DNA of 43,805 nucleotides from an uncultured Candidatus Saccharibacteria bacterium. GTDB lineage: Bacteria; Patescibacteriota; Saccharimonadia; Saccharimonadales; Saccharimonadaceae. Under the pieces are notes generated by a model. The model saw nothing but the letters and a program-made list of their open reading frames with translations, did not search any database and was not told the origin of the DNA. Shown here piece after piece: positions 1 through 9,743 of the stretch. The stretch is taken from contig CAYXHY010000001.1 in assembly GCA_964465135.1 (NCBI GenBank), positions 1 to 43,805 of the forward strand. The letters run 5' to 3'. A program made the translations under genes and the position numbers. The number at the start of each line of letters is the position of its first letter. Within the stretch, counting starts at the first letter, position 1.

Positions 1-41
1 TTTAGGCCCGTTCTATCCCACAGTTTAGGTGCTGTATTTTA

Positions 42-1196
42 CTATGATGACCATCCAACCCCATAAATTATACCATCCTCAGCTAACACTCGGTGCAGAG
101 TACCACTTGAAGTACTTATATAATCAATCTTAGAGACTTTCGGTATATTAAACATATCATTTATACTGACAATCTCCATATCTCTGCCGTATATTTTATT
201 TACAGAAATAAACTCTTCGTTATCAGTTGTATAATACCCTTCCCAATCAGGACCATATCGGCTGACAAGTTTTCTACCTTGTAGCAAATTAACTAGGGAA
301 TTATCCTGCTGAATATACCCACCCGATGCATTATACCTAAAATTTATGTATCTACCAGATTCAAGCACAAGTCGATGTTCATTGCCTACATTGTAGGCTA
401 CCACCTTTTCATCACCTATTAATTGAGTTAAATCATGAAGCTGCATTCTGTCGTTATTATTGACACGGACATATTTCAACAACCTACCACCACTAGTCTC
501 AATAACGTCTCCTAGAAGAAAGTCTTTAATGGATTCTCCTTGCAAAAAATCATCTACCATTTCATATGCATAAGTTCGATAGTTAGTTAACTTATATACC
601 TTATCATCTTTGGTTATAATCATTTGGACGTCCGAGTTATTACCCGCTTTTGAGATAAATTTTATATCATAAGGGCTGAATGGCTGTTCAATCTTTATAA
701 TAGGTTCATTAGAGATCCAGTTATGTCCATCGTATATATCCAACCAAGTTCTATATATTTCTCTTGATTCAGTAATTAGCCAGTCATCTCCACGCACATT
801 AACAATGTCGATTATTTTAGGAATATTCATTTCTTGCGATATGCCTTTATTAGAGTTATCGCGAAGATCTTGCAAATATAAGTTTCCAGATTTAGCTAGA
901 ACTATTGCTCTGCAAGAGCTCGAGGTATCCCATTCATCACAATACCCCTTGTTTTCGTGATATACTCGCCAAATCTCATCCTTCTCCTCCTTCAAAAAGC
1001 CATTACCTTTGATAATAACTTCATCGCCACCTTTGGTAGAGCCTTGTATTTTAGAGATGGAGTCGGCTCTTAGCGCGGATGCGTTATCGCTCAGAGGTAA
1101 AATTACCCCAGATAGCACCACCGCAATAGCGGCCACAAAAGCAGCTGTCCTAGACTTTTTATGTCTTATTTTTGATAGACACCTAAACCCAGTCAT
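42..1196 (-). CDS. Secreted/surface protein with N-terminal half of an IPT/TIG-like domain and a variable beta-rich region; possibly truncated paralogue of 1929..3581
   Basis: Basic N-terminus plus hydrophobic signal peptide; block ALRADSISKIQGSTKGGDEVIIKGNGFL matches ALKADSISEVQGSTKGGEEVIIKGEGFL of 1929..3581; lacks the paralogue's C-terminal block. Confidence 0.7.
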   Translation of the reverse strand: MTGFRCLSKIRHKKSRTAAFVAAIAVVLSGVILPLSDNASALRADSISKIQGSTKGGDEVIIKGNGFLKEEKDEIWRVYHENKGYCDEWDTSSSCRAIVLAKSGNLYLQDLRDNSNKGISQEMNIPKIIDIVNVRGDDWLITESREIYRTWLDIYDGHNWISNEPIIKIEQPFSPYDIKFISKAGNNSDVQMIITKDDKVYKLTNYRTYAYEMVDDFLQGESIKDFLLGDVIETSGGRLLKYVRVNNNDRMQLHDLTQLIGDEKVVAYNVGNEHRLVLESGRYINFRYNASGGYIQQDNSLVNLLQGRKLVSRYGPDWEGYYTTDNEEFISVNKIYGRDMEIVSINDMFNIPKVSKIDYISTSSGTLHRVLAEDGIIYGVGWSS

Positions 1197-1335
1197 ATCC
1201 CCCTTAATTTAGGACACATCGTTAGCGAGTAATGCGTTTAATTATTATGCTTATATTTTAACATGCTTAAGCAGAAAAGTAAACTAAAACTCGCATATTT
1301 GTGGCTGTTTGCCCTAATAATCTTTGCGCCACCTA

Positions 1336-1364
1336 TTGACATTTTAAACTATTTATGCTATTAT
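1336..1364 (+). promoter_or_regulatory. Sigma70-type promoter of the 1407..1859 gene
   Basis: TTGACA (1336-1341), 17-bp spacer ending TGC, TATTAT (1359-1364). Confidence 0.75.
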
Positions 1365-1406
1365 ATAAAAGAGTTAAATCAAAAAACAAAAAGGATTAAA
1401 ATTAAA

Positions 1407-1859
1407 ATGACAACAAAATCGAAAATTGCTCGCGCAAAAGAACGAATTTCGCAAAAAATCGGCCTGAGCTACACCAAAAAATTTATTAACTTCTCTGACC
1501 CAGTCTCTGATGTAGATTATAGGTTGAAAATTGAAGAAGCAAAAAACCAGTATGGCGAAACAATAGTAAAAGTTACCCTGCCAGAAGAGAAAAATTTCTT
1601 CCGTGGTGTAAAATTTAGCGAAAAGGTGCGTTTGGAAAAAATGCGCGACGACCAATGGGTGAAGATTTTGCACGCTAAATTTGGTGCTGGTGCTGACGAA
1701 ATGTTCGGCGTAACTGAGCTACACGAAGAGAGTGAACTTGAGGCCCGCGATATCCGAATTATTGCAGCCGTTGAAAAATTGCTTGCTGGCGATGCGCATA
1801 AAGTAAAAATCAAGAAAATTTCTACTCCGCGCGCTAGAGTTAGCAAAGTGCCTGCATAG
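1407..1859 (+). CDS. Hypothetical protein (150 aa), basic termini
   Basis: Part of ORF 1263..1859; ATG 1407 chosen because the promoter and an AAGGA site lie upstream of it inside the longer ORF; terminator follows. Confidence 0.7.
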   Translation: MTTKSKIARAKERISQKIGLSYTKKFINFSDPVSDVDYRLKIEEAKNQYGETIVKVTLPEEKNFFRGVKFSEKVRLEKMRDDQWVKILHAKFGAGADEMFGVTELHEESELEARDIRIIAAVEKLLAGDAHKVKIKKISTPRARVSKVPA

Positions 1860-1888
1860 ACAATTAAGTTTTAATCCGTATCTGATAA

Positions 1889-1916
1889 AATAACCCTTCT
1901 CTATGGAAGGGTTATT
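1889..1916. terminator. Bidirectional intrinsic terminator
   Basis: AATAACCCTTC-6 nt-GAAGGGTTATT hairpin between convergent genes. Confidence 0.75.
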
Positions 1917-1928
1917 CTTTATGTTGGT

Positions 1929-3581
1929 TTAATTTCGTTTAAATCCAGTATTTGGTGCGGAAATAATGGTGCTAGAGTTACCACTGCCGTTATTTTGACT
2001 GCCTTCGGAGTTGTCGCCGTTGATGTATTCGTAGTTTAGGCTGGTTAGGATTGGGGTGTTGGATGATATGGATTGTATAGAGATACCGTATGTGCCTCTA
2101 GCGTTAGCTGGGACTCGGGCGCGGATGGTGTTGTTGTCTAGAATTTCGAAATCTGTGACTTCTGCTGAGCCGAAGAGGATTCTGGCTACTTGGGGGATTT
2201 GTGCTTTGGGGAGGATGCCGGTCATGTCGGTTTCGGTTACTTGGACTTCGAATTCACTAGTAGAAGAGCTATAACCCCCCTCTAATTCTAATAGTCGGTT
2301 CTTAGTGGTGTAAATACGGCTATCACTATTTATTAAGACTTCTTCGTCCTCATCAAGAGTATAAATTAAAATATCGTCTTGACTACTATAGCCATTGTGG
2401 GCATAAACCTTACCAGACTCGGTAATTTTGACACTCCCGCCATAAGTAAAAAATGTAGCCTTAGATACAAGCTTTTCACCATTTAAACCCGGGTCTTTTT
2501 CTATGTCACCATCATAAGACACTCTACCGTAAATAGTTCCGTCTTTTAGATATAGGCTACCGTAATGGGCATCGACCCATTCCACTGGCGGGATTTCTAG
2601 CGCCTCTTTATAAACTCCGGACTCATCTTCTATGAATATTTTACCGCTATTTGTTAATACGTAATTGTGATAAAACCCCTTAATAGTTTCACCCGCCTCT
2701 AGCCCTGGTAAACGCACGACGCCCTCTATCTCGCCCGTAGAGTTACTAATCATTATTTTGTCACCAGATGACAATATTAACTCGCGGGTTGAAGCTCCCC
2801 ACTCATTTTTTTCACTTATAATATAGCTGTCCCCCAATAGACCAGTTATATCATATTCACCCTGATAGAGCACACGGCCCAAGTTAGTTATAGCGCCATT
2901 GAGATTGCTCCATCCGGTAACCTTCTCGCCTTCATTTAAGGGGATGGCGAACTCAGGATCGTACTCTCCGGTCATATCTACATAATATCCAGATTCAGAA
3001 ACACACGAACCATTATAAATATCGCAGTATAGCTTCTCGATAGACCCATTAATGTCCACGTATTCGGGTGGTGGAGACCCTATGCCTATTCTTATACTAT
3101 TCACTCCACCGCAAGCATCATATACAATATTAACAAAAGACTTGCCATCTAGAATAGCATAACTATCACCGGATTCAACCACTCGCCCCAAATTATTGGT
3201 CTTAGTTATATTAATTATGTCGCCGTTTGCTTTATATTCATAAAATATACCTCGCTCGGTCAAGATTAACTTACTTCCTACTTCAAGGTATATTTGCGCG
3301 GGTTCGCCAACACCCTTACCAATACTACACGGGCCTAGGCTAAAAATTTTCTTAATCTCATCATCCTCTTCCTCCAAAAACCCCTCGCCCTTAATAATGA
3401 CTTCTTCACCACCTTTGGTTGAGCCTTGGACTTCAGAGATAGAGTCGGCTTTTAGCGCCGAGGCGGTTTTGGTTAGTGGCAAGATGATTGCCGATAGTGT
3501 GATTGATAATATTAAAGTGGAACTAATAACTAGCCCTAGCTTGTGCTTTGTGTGTTTATGTCTGGATGCGAGTCTGGCCAT
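1929..3581 (-). CDS. Secreted/surface protein: split IPT/TIG-like domain enclosing a beta-repeat region; C-terminal APNTG motif
   Basis: Signal peptide; GSTKGGEEVIIKGEGF near the N-terminus and VARILFG...FEILDNNTIRARVPA...YEY near the C-terminus resemble two halves of an IPT/TIG fold; repeats such as LTNSGKIF and ITESGKVY; Gly/Ser/Asn linker then APNTG. Confidence 0.75.
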   Translation of the reverse strand: MARLASRHKHTKHKLGLVISSTLILSITLSAIILPLTKTASALKADSISEVQGSTKGGEEVIIKGEGFLEEEDDEIKKIFSLGPCSIGKGVGEPAQIYLEVGSKLILTERGIFYEYKANGDIINITKTNNLGRVVESGDSYAILDGKSFVNIVYDACGGVNSIRIGIGSPPPEYVDINGSIEKLYCDIYNGSCVSESGYYVDMTGEYDPEFAIPLNEGEKVTGWSNLNGAITNLGRVLYQGEYDITGLLGDSYIISEKNEWGASTRELILSSGDKIMISNSTGEIEGVVRLPGLEAGETIKGFYHNYVLTNSGKIFIEDESGVYKEALEIPPVEWVDAHYGSLYLKDGTIYGRVSYDGDIEKDPGLNGEKLVSKATFFTYGGSVKITESGKVYAHNGYSSQDDILIYTLDEDEEVLINSDSRIYTTKNRLLELEGGYSSSTSEFEVQVTETDMTGILPKAQIPQVARILFGSAEVTDFEILDNNTIRARVPANARGTYGISIQSISSNTPILTSLNYEYINGDNSEGSQNNGSGNSSTIISAPNTGFKRN

Positions 3582-3690
3582 AATCTCTCCCTTTTGTGTT
3601 TTTTGCTTTGTTTAGGTTTTGAGCAAAACTAAACAAACTCCTTATGGTTAGATTATATCATTTATTTTTGGGGAGCGCAAGGGCGAAATT

Positions 3691-3722
3691 AAAACCTCAG
3701 CTTTTTTGAGGGGCTGAGGTTT
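3691..3722 (-). terminator. Intrinsic terminator after tsf
   Basis: AAAACCTCAGC...GCTGAGGTTTT inverted repeat. Confidence 0.7.
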
Positions 3723-3742
3723 TATAGGTGTTGGGTCTTAGG

Positions 3743-4339
3743 CTATTCGCTTAAACCAAGTTCGATTCGTGTAAATCGGCGGATTACAATGTTCTCACCA
3801 AGTCTAGCGATAGTTTCTTTCAAAAGACCATCGACAGTTTTGCTGTCATCCATAATGTAAGTTTGGCTCAAAAGAACCTTGTCGGAGAAGTATTTTTTCA
3901 CCTGACCATCAACGATTTTAGCAGCAATTTCAGCTGGCTTATTTTCTTTTGCTACACGCTCTTCAGCTTCGGTTTTTACGCGCTCTAGTTCTGCAGCTGG
4001 AATATCAGCTTCAGTTGCATAAACTGGGTTCATCGCTGCAATTTGCATAGCAACTTGATGCGTAAATTGTTTAAAGTCTTCAGTTCGCGCTACGAAATCA
4101 GTTTCACAGTTAACTTCTACAATCACACCAATTCGGCCACCATGAACATAAGAGTCAACCAAACCTTCGCGTGCTTCACGCTCACCTTTTTTCTCAGCTT
4201 TAGTCAAGCCTTTTTTGCGCAAAGCTGCCAATGCTTTATCAAAATCACCGTCAGCTTCAACCAATGCCTTTTTAGCATCGGTCAAACCAAGTCCGGTCAA
4301 TTCTTTCAAATTTTTAATTTCTTCAACAGAAATTGCCAT
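3743..4339 (-). CDS. tsf: Elongation factor Ts (short form)
   Basis: IKNLKELTGLGLTDAKKAL, EVNCETDFVAR; downstream of rpsB; AAGGAG before ATG 4339. Confidence 0.97.
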   Translation of the reverse strand: MAISVEEIKNLKELTGLGLTDAKKALVEADGDFDKALAALRKKGLTKAEKKGEREAREGLVDSYVHGGRIGVIVEVNCETDFVARTEDFKQFTHQVAMQIAAMNPVYATEADIPAAELERVKTEAEERVAKENKPAEIAAKIVDGQVKKYFSDKVLLSQTYIMDDSKTVDGLLKETIARLGENIVIRRFTRIELGLSE

Positions 4340-4365
4340 AATCACTCCTTAAATTTAGGTTAAAA

Positions 4366-5076
4366 TTATTTAGTTTCAGCTTTTTCGCTGGCAGCTACGC
4401 CTTCTTTTACAGCTTCAATTGCGTAGTCTAGAAGTAGTTTTACACCCTTAATAGCATCGTCATTAGCAGGAATAACGTAGTCGATTCCGTCTGGATTAAC
4501 ATTCGTATCAACAATCGCCACCACTGGTATGCCTAGAGTTTTAGCTTCACGGATTGCGTTTACATCAGCAATCGCATCAGTTACAAATACAATTCCTGGG
4601 CGACCCATCAAATCTTTGATACCGCCATATTTAGTGTTCAATGCTTCAATTTCTTCAGCGTAACGCTGCACTTCAAGCTTGCTATAGCGTTTTTCAAGCT
4701 CGCCACTTGCCATTCGCTTTTCAAGATTTTTTAGCTTTTTAATCTGCTGGTTAATTGTACCGGAATTAGTTAACATACCGCCAACCCATCGCTCAGTTAC
4801 GTATGGTTGATTTACAGCTTCAGCTGCTTCACGGGTTACATCTTTTAGTTGTTTTTTAGTACCAACAAATAGAACTTTGCGACCTTTTTTAGCTACATCA
4901 GTGATAGCTGGAAGAGCTTTTCCAAGCGCTTCAACGGTTTTAGTAAGGTCGATGATATGGCTATCTTGACGTTTACTGTGGATATATGGTGCCATTTTTG
5001 GATGCCAACGGCTAGTTTTGTGCCCAAAATGAACACCGGCTTCAAGCAATTGCTTGATGTCAACTTTTACAGACAT
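4366..5076 (-). CDS. rpsB: 30S ribosomal protein S2
   Basis: LLEAGVHFGHKTSRWHPKM, RWVGGMLTN, PANDDAIK. Confidence 0.98.
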   Translation of the reverse strand: MSVKVDIKQLLEAGVHFGHKTSRWHPKMAPYIHSKRQDSHIIDLTKTVEALGKALPAITDVAKKGRKVLFVGTKKQLKDVTREAAEAVNQPYVTERWVGGMLTNSGTINQQIKKLKNLEKRMASGELEKRYSKLEVQRYAEEIEALNTKYGGIKDLMGRPGIVFVTDAIADVNAIREAKTLGIPVVAIVDTNVNPDGIDYVIPANDDAIKGVKLLLDYAIEAVKEGVAASEKAETK

Positions 5077-5242
5077 TTTAACTCCTTTGTCTTCATCTCT
5101 GCCAGATTTCTAAGGAACTACTAGGCAAAGATTGTTTCATTAAATTATTTTACTGGTTTATTATATCATAACTCACGCAAAAATACAACTTTTCATGCAG
5201 AGGCTTTACTTTTCCCACTAAATGTAGTAAGATTAATAAGTT

Positions 5243-5563
5243 ATGAAAAAGAATTTACATCCAGACAATTACCGCTTTGTCGTATTTAGCGACGAAGTTG
5301 CTGGGTTCGCATTCTTGACACAGTCAACTGCGGATTCAAAAGAAACTATCAAATGGGAAGATGGCAACGAATATCCACTAGTGAAGATGCATATTTCAAG
5401 CGCTTCTCACCCATTCTTTACCGGTGAAGAAAAAATTATCGACACCGAAGGTCGTGTTGACCGCTTTAAGCGCGCACAAGAAATGGCTGAGGAACGAAAA
5501 GCCGCTCTTGCCAACAAAGCTAAAAAACAAGCCGCAGAAAAAGCTAAAAAATCTGACAATTAG
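5243..5563 (+). CDS. rpmE2: 50S ribosomal protein L31 type B (Cys-free) with Ala/Lys-rich tail
   Basis: [15 protein letters not shown]...[22 protein letters not shown]...EGRVDRF. Confidence 0.93.
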   Translation: MKKNLHPDNYRFVVFSDEVAGFAFLTQSTADSKETIKWEDGNEYPLVKMHISSASHPFFTGEEKIIDTEGRVDRFKRAQEMAEERKAALANKAKKQAAEKAKKSDN

Positions 5564-5582
5564 TCTTATTCCAAATTTAGCA

Positions 5583-5657
5583 AAAAATCACCGCAGGTTA
5601 TACGCGGTGATTTTTATTTTATCAAAAACAAAACCTCCTATAATCTCATAGGAGGTT
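5583..5657. terminator. Two tandem intrinsic terminator hairpins between convergent genes
   Basis: AAAAATCACCGC...GCGGTGATTTTT and AACCTCCTAT...ATAGGAGGTT. Confidence 0.7.
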
Positions 5658-5667
5658 CATAAAAGTT

Positions 5668-6162
5668 CTAAAATAAAGAGTACGCGATTGGCAAATTCTT
5701 GCCTATCATTCTAACAGTTTTGGCGTCAGTCGAACAAACAGTTGCGACTAAATCGCTTCTGCCATGGCCGCAAAATACGACCTGTGTGCCTTCAGGCACT
5801 ATCCGAGTATTGATAATCTTTCCTAGACGCTCTCTTAGTGGGATAATTTTCTCTTCATGGATTAATACGATATACTATTCTAGAGAAAAACTAGCCCCTA
5901 AGTAATCGTAGGCTACAGAAATATCATGAACAACATTCCCGATAGCTTGCGTGGTAGGAGTTAAATCCCCGCCATAAATAGAGTTAATTACACCTTGAGG
6001 ATCAAGTTCGCTGATAGTGCATATTTCACCATATATTTTATCTAGCTTTGAGCCAATTCTCCGCGAAAACGGCGTATCTTGTTGTGAGGCCTTTGCGGCT
6101 ACCGCTCTTAAAGTAGCCATCTCACACTCAATAATTTTGCTGTTCATGCAGAACACGCCCAT
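5668..6162 (-). pseudogene. Hypothetical gene interrupted by an in-frame TAG at 5875-5877
   Basis: ORF 5875..6162 continues in frame for 68 more codons (YIVLIHEEKIIPLRERLGK...LPIAYSLF) to a TAG at 5668-5670, just before a terminator. Confidence 0.55.
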
Positions 6163-6284
6163 TTATTTTTAATATACTTCATCTAAAGCTATGGCAGTAT
6201 GCAATTATTTTTAAGTATTGTAAATAGCAATATTTAATTGTTGCTAGTTTGTTGCTAGTTTATAAAACCGAAGTGGTGCGAAGT

Positions 6285-6944
6285 TTACAGTTGCCAGTTG
6301 ACCGGGCTTTGATTATGTTCAACTAGGAATTCATTAGATTTAGAAAAAGGCTTGCTGCCAAAAAATCCGCGATTCGCCGAAAATGGCGACGGATGCGCCC
6401 TTTGAATTTTGAGATGTTTAGAGTTAGTGATTTTACTGCCAACTTTTTGCGCATGAGCACCCCATAGAATAAACACCAGCGGCCGATCAAATTCATTCAA
6501 AAACTCTAGTAGATTTTCGGAAAATTCCGCCCAACCTAAACCAGCGTGACTACCCGGTTTGCCTCGCTCGACGCTCCAAGAAGTATTCATCAGTAGAACA
6601 CCTTCTCTAGCCCATTTTTCTAAGTAGCCGTCTTTGGGCGGCTCCATGCCTAAATCACTCTCTAGTTCTTTGTAAATATTCCTCAAACTCGGCGGGAGTT
6701 TGATACCTGGACGAACCGAAAAACTCATTCCGTGTGCTTGACCTGGCCCATGATACGGGTCTTGACCGATAATCACGACCTTAATTTTCCCTAGCGGGCA
6801 GGCTGCAAAGCAAGAAAGCATATCCTCACGCGCCGGGTAGATCTCGGTTTTTTCGCGCGCTGTATCAACCGCCCTAATCAATCGCCGAAAATAAGTTTTT
6901 TCAGCCTCAGCCTCAATAAATTCCCGCCAAGAATTATATTTCAT
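6285..6944 (-). CDS. ung: Uracil-DNA glycosylase family 1
   Basis: VVIIGQDPYHGPGQAHG, PPSLRNIYKEL, HPSPFSA. Confidence 0.97.
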   Translation of the reverse strand: MKYNSWREFIEAEAEKTYFRRLIRAVDTAREKTEIYPAREDMLSCFAACPLGKIKVVIIGQDPYHGPGQAHGMSFSVRPGIKLPPSLRNIYKELESDLGMEPPKDGYLEKWAREGVLLMNTSWSVERGKPGSHAGLGWAEFSENLLEFLNEFDRPLVFILWGAHAQKVGSKITNSKHLKIQRAHPSPFSANRGFFGSKPFSKSNEFLVEHNQSPVNWQL

Positions 6945-6984
6945 AGGTATATTTTAGCACGATTTTATGCTAAAATATACCTAT
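6943..6984. repeat. Perfect 17-bp inverted repeat forming mirror-image extended -10 promoters for ung and prfA
   Basis: ATAGGTATATTTTAGCA (6943-6959), 8 bp, TGCTAAAATATACCTAT (6968-6984). Confidence 0.85.
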
Positions 6985-8061
6985 ATGCCAAAAATTGATT
7001 TAAACTTAGACAAACTAAAATCTGAATATGCCGAAATCGAGGCTTTTTTAAGCACACCAGATGCTTACGCCGCAAGCGACTTCTCTGCTCGCAATAAACG
7101 GTTCTCTGAACTTGAAAAGATTATCGCACGTGGCGAAGAGCGCCAAAACTTAGAAAAAAACATTATCGAAGCTAAAGATTTGCTCGCTTCTGAGACCGGC
7201 GAGCTAGCCGAACTCGCTAAGATGGAACTAGCTGAGGGCGAAGAGAAGCTAGCGGCACTTGAAGAAGAATTATTCATTATGTTGGCACCAAAAGATCCAA
7301 ATGACGACAAAAATGTAATTGTCGAAATCCGAGCTGGCGCTGGTGGCGATGAAGCTTCACTGTTTGCAGCTGAGCTCTACCGTATGTATTTGCGCTATTG
7401 TGAAGCGAACGGACTAAAAACTGATCTGATGAGCGAAAGCGCCAACGACACCGGTGGCTATAAAGAAGTTATCTTTGAGGTTAAGGGCGATTCGCCATAT
7501 TCACAACTTAAATTCGAAAGTGGCGTACACCGCGTTCAGCGTATTCCAGCTACCGAAAGTCAAGGCAGAATCCACACATCTACCGTGACTGTGGCGGTAC
7601 TGCCAGAGGCCGAAGAAGCTGATATTGAGATTAATGCAAACGACCTTAAAGTTGATGTTTATCGTGCTGGCGGACACGGTGGTCAAAGCGTTAACACGAC
7701 CGATTCAGCCGTCCGTATCACTCACCTTCCGACTGGCATAGTAGTGACCAACCAAGATGAAAAATCACAAATCAAGAACAAAGAAAAAGCTATGAGTGTC
7801 TTGCGAGCGCGCCTAATGCAGGCAAAAATCGACGAAGAACAGGCCAAACTAACCGCGGAAAGGCGTAGTTTAATCGGTTCTGGCGACCGCAGCGAGAAAA
7901 TCCGCACTTACAACTTCCCACAAGACCGCATCACCGACCACCGAATTGGCTTTTCACGCAGCAACATCCCTTCTGCAATGAACGGCCAAATCGAAGACCT
8001 AGTAGAACATCTACAGGCTTATGAGCGCGAACTAGCCGCCGCTAACGCTTCTGAGGCTTAG
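6985..8061 (+). CDS. prfA: Peptide chain release factor 1
   Basis: [12 protein letters not shown] (PxT motif), [28 protein letters not shown]; ATG 6985 follows TGCTAAAAT. Confidence 0.97.
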   Translation: MPKIDLNLDKLKSEYAEIEAFLSTPDAYAASDFSARNKRFSELEKIIARGEERQNLEKNIIEAKDLLASETGELAELAKMELAEGEEKLAALEEELFIMLAPKDPNDDKNVIVEIRAGAGGDEASLFAAELYRMYLRYCEANGLKTDLMSESANDTGGYKEVIFEVKGDSPYSQLKFESGVHRVQRIPATESQGRIHTSTVTVAVLPEAEEADIEINANDLKVDVYRAGGHGGQSVNTTDSAVRITHLPTGIVVTNQDEKSQIKNKEKAMSVLRARLMQAKIDEEQAKLTAERRSLIGSGDRSEKIRTYNFPQDRITDHRIGFSRSNIPSAMNGQIEDLVEHLQAYERELAAANASEA

Positions 8062-8077
8062 AAGTATAACCCACTCA

Positions 8078-8107
8078 AAAACCGCAAGCTTTCACACTTG
8101 CGGTTTT
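8078..8107. terminator. Bidirectional intrinsic terminator
   Basis: AAAACCGCAAG...CTTGCGGTTTT between convergent genes. Confidence 0.75.
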
Positions 8108-8120
8108 ATTATGTATTTTA

Positions 8121-9632
8121 CTACATATATTTTTTAATCTTATTGTACAACGCCTGCTGCTTTTTATATCCAATAGCATCTACATCTGCATTAAACTTAT
8201 CTAGCTCCTCAGATCTAAAGGTGAGGCGTGATTCCTTAGCAGACTTAACGGCTTCGTTTAGCTTCTTCTGTTTTCGCTTGTGAGACCGAGTCACAGCCTC
8301 TTTAGCCTTTTTCCAGAATCCCCAACTGATCTTCTCTTGGCTGTGATCATGGCTTTCCTGCTGCGCATCAAGCTCAGCTTGGAATAACTTGTCTTTCTCT
8401 AATTTTGCGGCTTCAATCTTTTCAGCAATCTTAGGAGTATTTCGCTTCATCTTTTCTAAAGTTTCAGACTCTACGTTTTTTATCGAGAGTTTATCTGCTT
8501 CAAATTGCATTTCTTTTAGATCCTCATTAGCCTTAAACTGATCATTTAAGAAATCAAACTCTGATTTTAGGCGCTCTTCAATCTCGTGTGCATCGTCTCT
8601 TTCCTGCCAATCGTCCTGCTGCACGATTTCACCCACCTTGGACTGAAGCTTATCATGATTAGCATCCATCAGTACCTTAATTATATAACCCATGTCTTTG
8701 CTTGTTTTAGTATTAAACGGTGCTCTTTCTGATTTATCCGTATCATTCTCCATCACTAGACCTACATTTTTGTAAGTTTTAACTGCTGACTCATAACTAT
8801 CCGCATAATCTGAATCAACCCTAGCGTCAATTTTAGAGACTTCCGCTTCTGATAGTGAATGTAATTCTAACTTATCTCCAAATTGATCGGAATCATCTTT
8901 TTGATCAGTTACTTCGTTATTTTTCTCTGCCTCGGTGGTAGCTTTTTCAGCTTCTGAAACTCGCTTAGCTTCCGCTTCGGTAGCCTTTTCGGCTTCTTTC
9001 TGGTTATATTCATCAATAATTTCACCATTCTCAGTCTTAAATCGATATAATTCGTTTTTTGCATCCATAAACCCACCTCTAGTACCATGGAATTTCTGCT
9101 CATCATAGTTTGCTTCAAGCTCTTTAAGCTTCTTCATCACATTAATCGGATCTGTAGCCTTCTTATAATCCAGCCAATCCTTATATTCTTGGCCATTAGT
9201 ACCACCTTCGTTTTCAAAATCACGCCAAGATTTTTTGTCTTTAAAGCGCTCAGATTGATTCACTTTTTCGGTAGGCTCTGGGTATTTTTGAGATCGCCAT
9301 TCATTATATTCCGACTCGGTAGTAATACCTAATTCTACAGCCTCTCGGCGATCACTTTTAAATCCGCCCCAGGTGTTAACGTCATAGTTTTCCTCATCAA
9401 TCGAATCCTCTGATTCTTCAACACTACCCTGATTTTGAACTTCGCTTTCCCAAGCTTTTCTATTATTTTCGGCAGCCGACGGATCGAATACTTTTTCAGT
9501 ATCGACTACATCTGCTACATCTTCTTGCAGATCAGATTCCCAGGCTTTACGATTCGCCTCTGAAGCGGGCGTACCCCAACCATTATCATCAATTGATGAC
9601 TCGTGATTGTTTTGTGATAATTTTTCTGGCAT
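8121..9632 (-). CDS. Hypothetical acidic helical/coiled-coil protein (503 aa) with basic C-terminus
   Basis: Long ORF with own promoter (TTGACA 9695-9690, 17 bp, TACAAT 9672-9667) and AAGGA site; internal repeat NRKAWES twice; no signal peptide. Confidence 0.8.
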   Translation of the reverse strand: MPEKLSQNNHESSIDDNGWGTPASEANRKAWESDLQEDVADVVDTEKVFDPSAAENNRKAWESEVQNQGSVEESEDSIDEENYDVNTWGGFKSDRREAVELGITTESEYNEWRSQKYPEPTEKVNQSERFKDKKSWRDFENEGGTNGQEYKDWLDYKKATDPINVMKKLKELEANYDEQKFHGTRGGFMDAKNELYRFKTENGEIIDEYNQKEAEKATEAEAKRVSEAEKATTEAEKNNEVTDQKDDSDQFGDKLELHSLSEAEVSKIDARVDSDYADSYESAVKTYKNVGLVMENDTDKSERAPFNTKTSKDMGYIIKVLMDANHDKLQSKVGEIVQQDDWQERDDAHEIEERLKSEFDFLNDQFKANEDLKEMQFEADKLSIKNVESETLEKMKRNTPKIAEKIEAAKLEKDKLFQAELDAQQESHDHSQEKISWGFWKKAKEAVTRSHKRKQKKLNEAVKSAKESRLTFRSEELDKFNADVDAIGYKKQQALYNKIKKYM

Positions 9633-9743
9633 TTTTATCCTTTTTGTTTTTTAATTATATACTTATATTGTAGCACAAAAACTCAATTTTGTCAATATGT
9701 AGGTTATGTATTTCTGCCAAGTTATATGGTAAGATATTACGTG

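Noticed and set aside
1263-1406. Hydrophobic N-terminal extension of ORF 1263..1859
   Set aside because: The stretch contains the gene's own promoter and leader; ATG 1407 is the better start.
6240-6261. Tandem duplication GTTGCTAGTTT x2
   Set aside because: Only two 11-bp units in an intergenic region with no supporting context.
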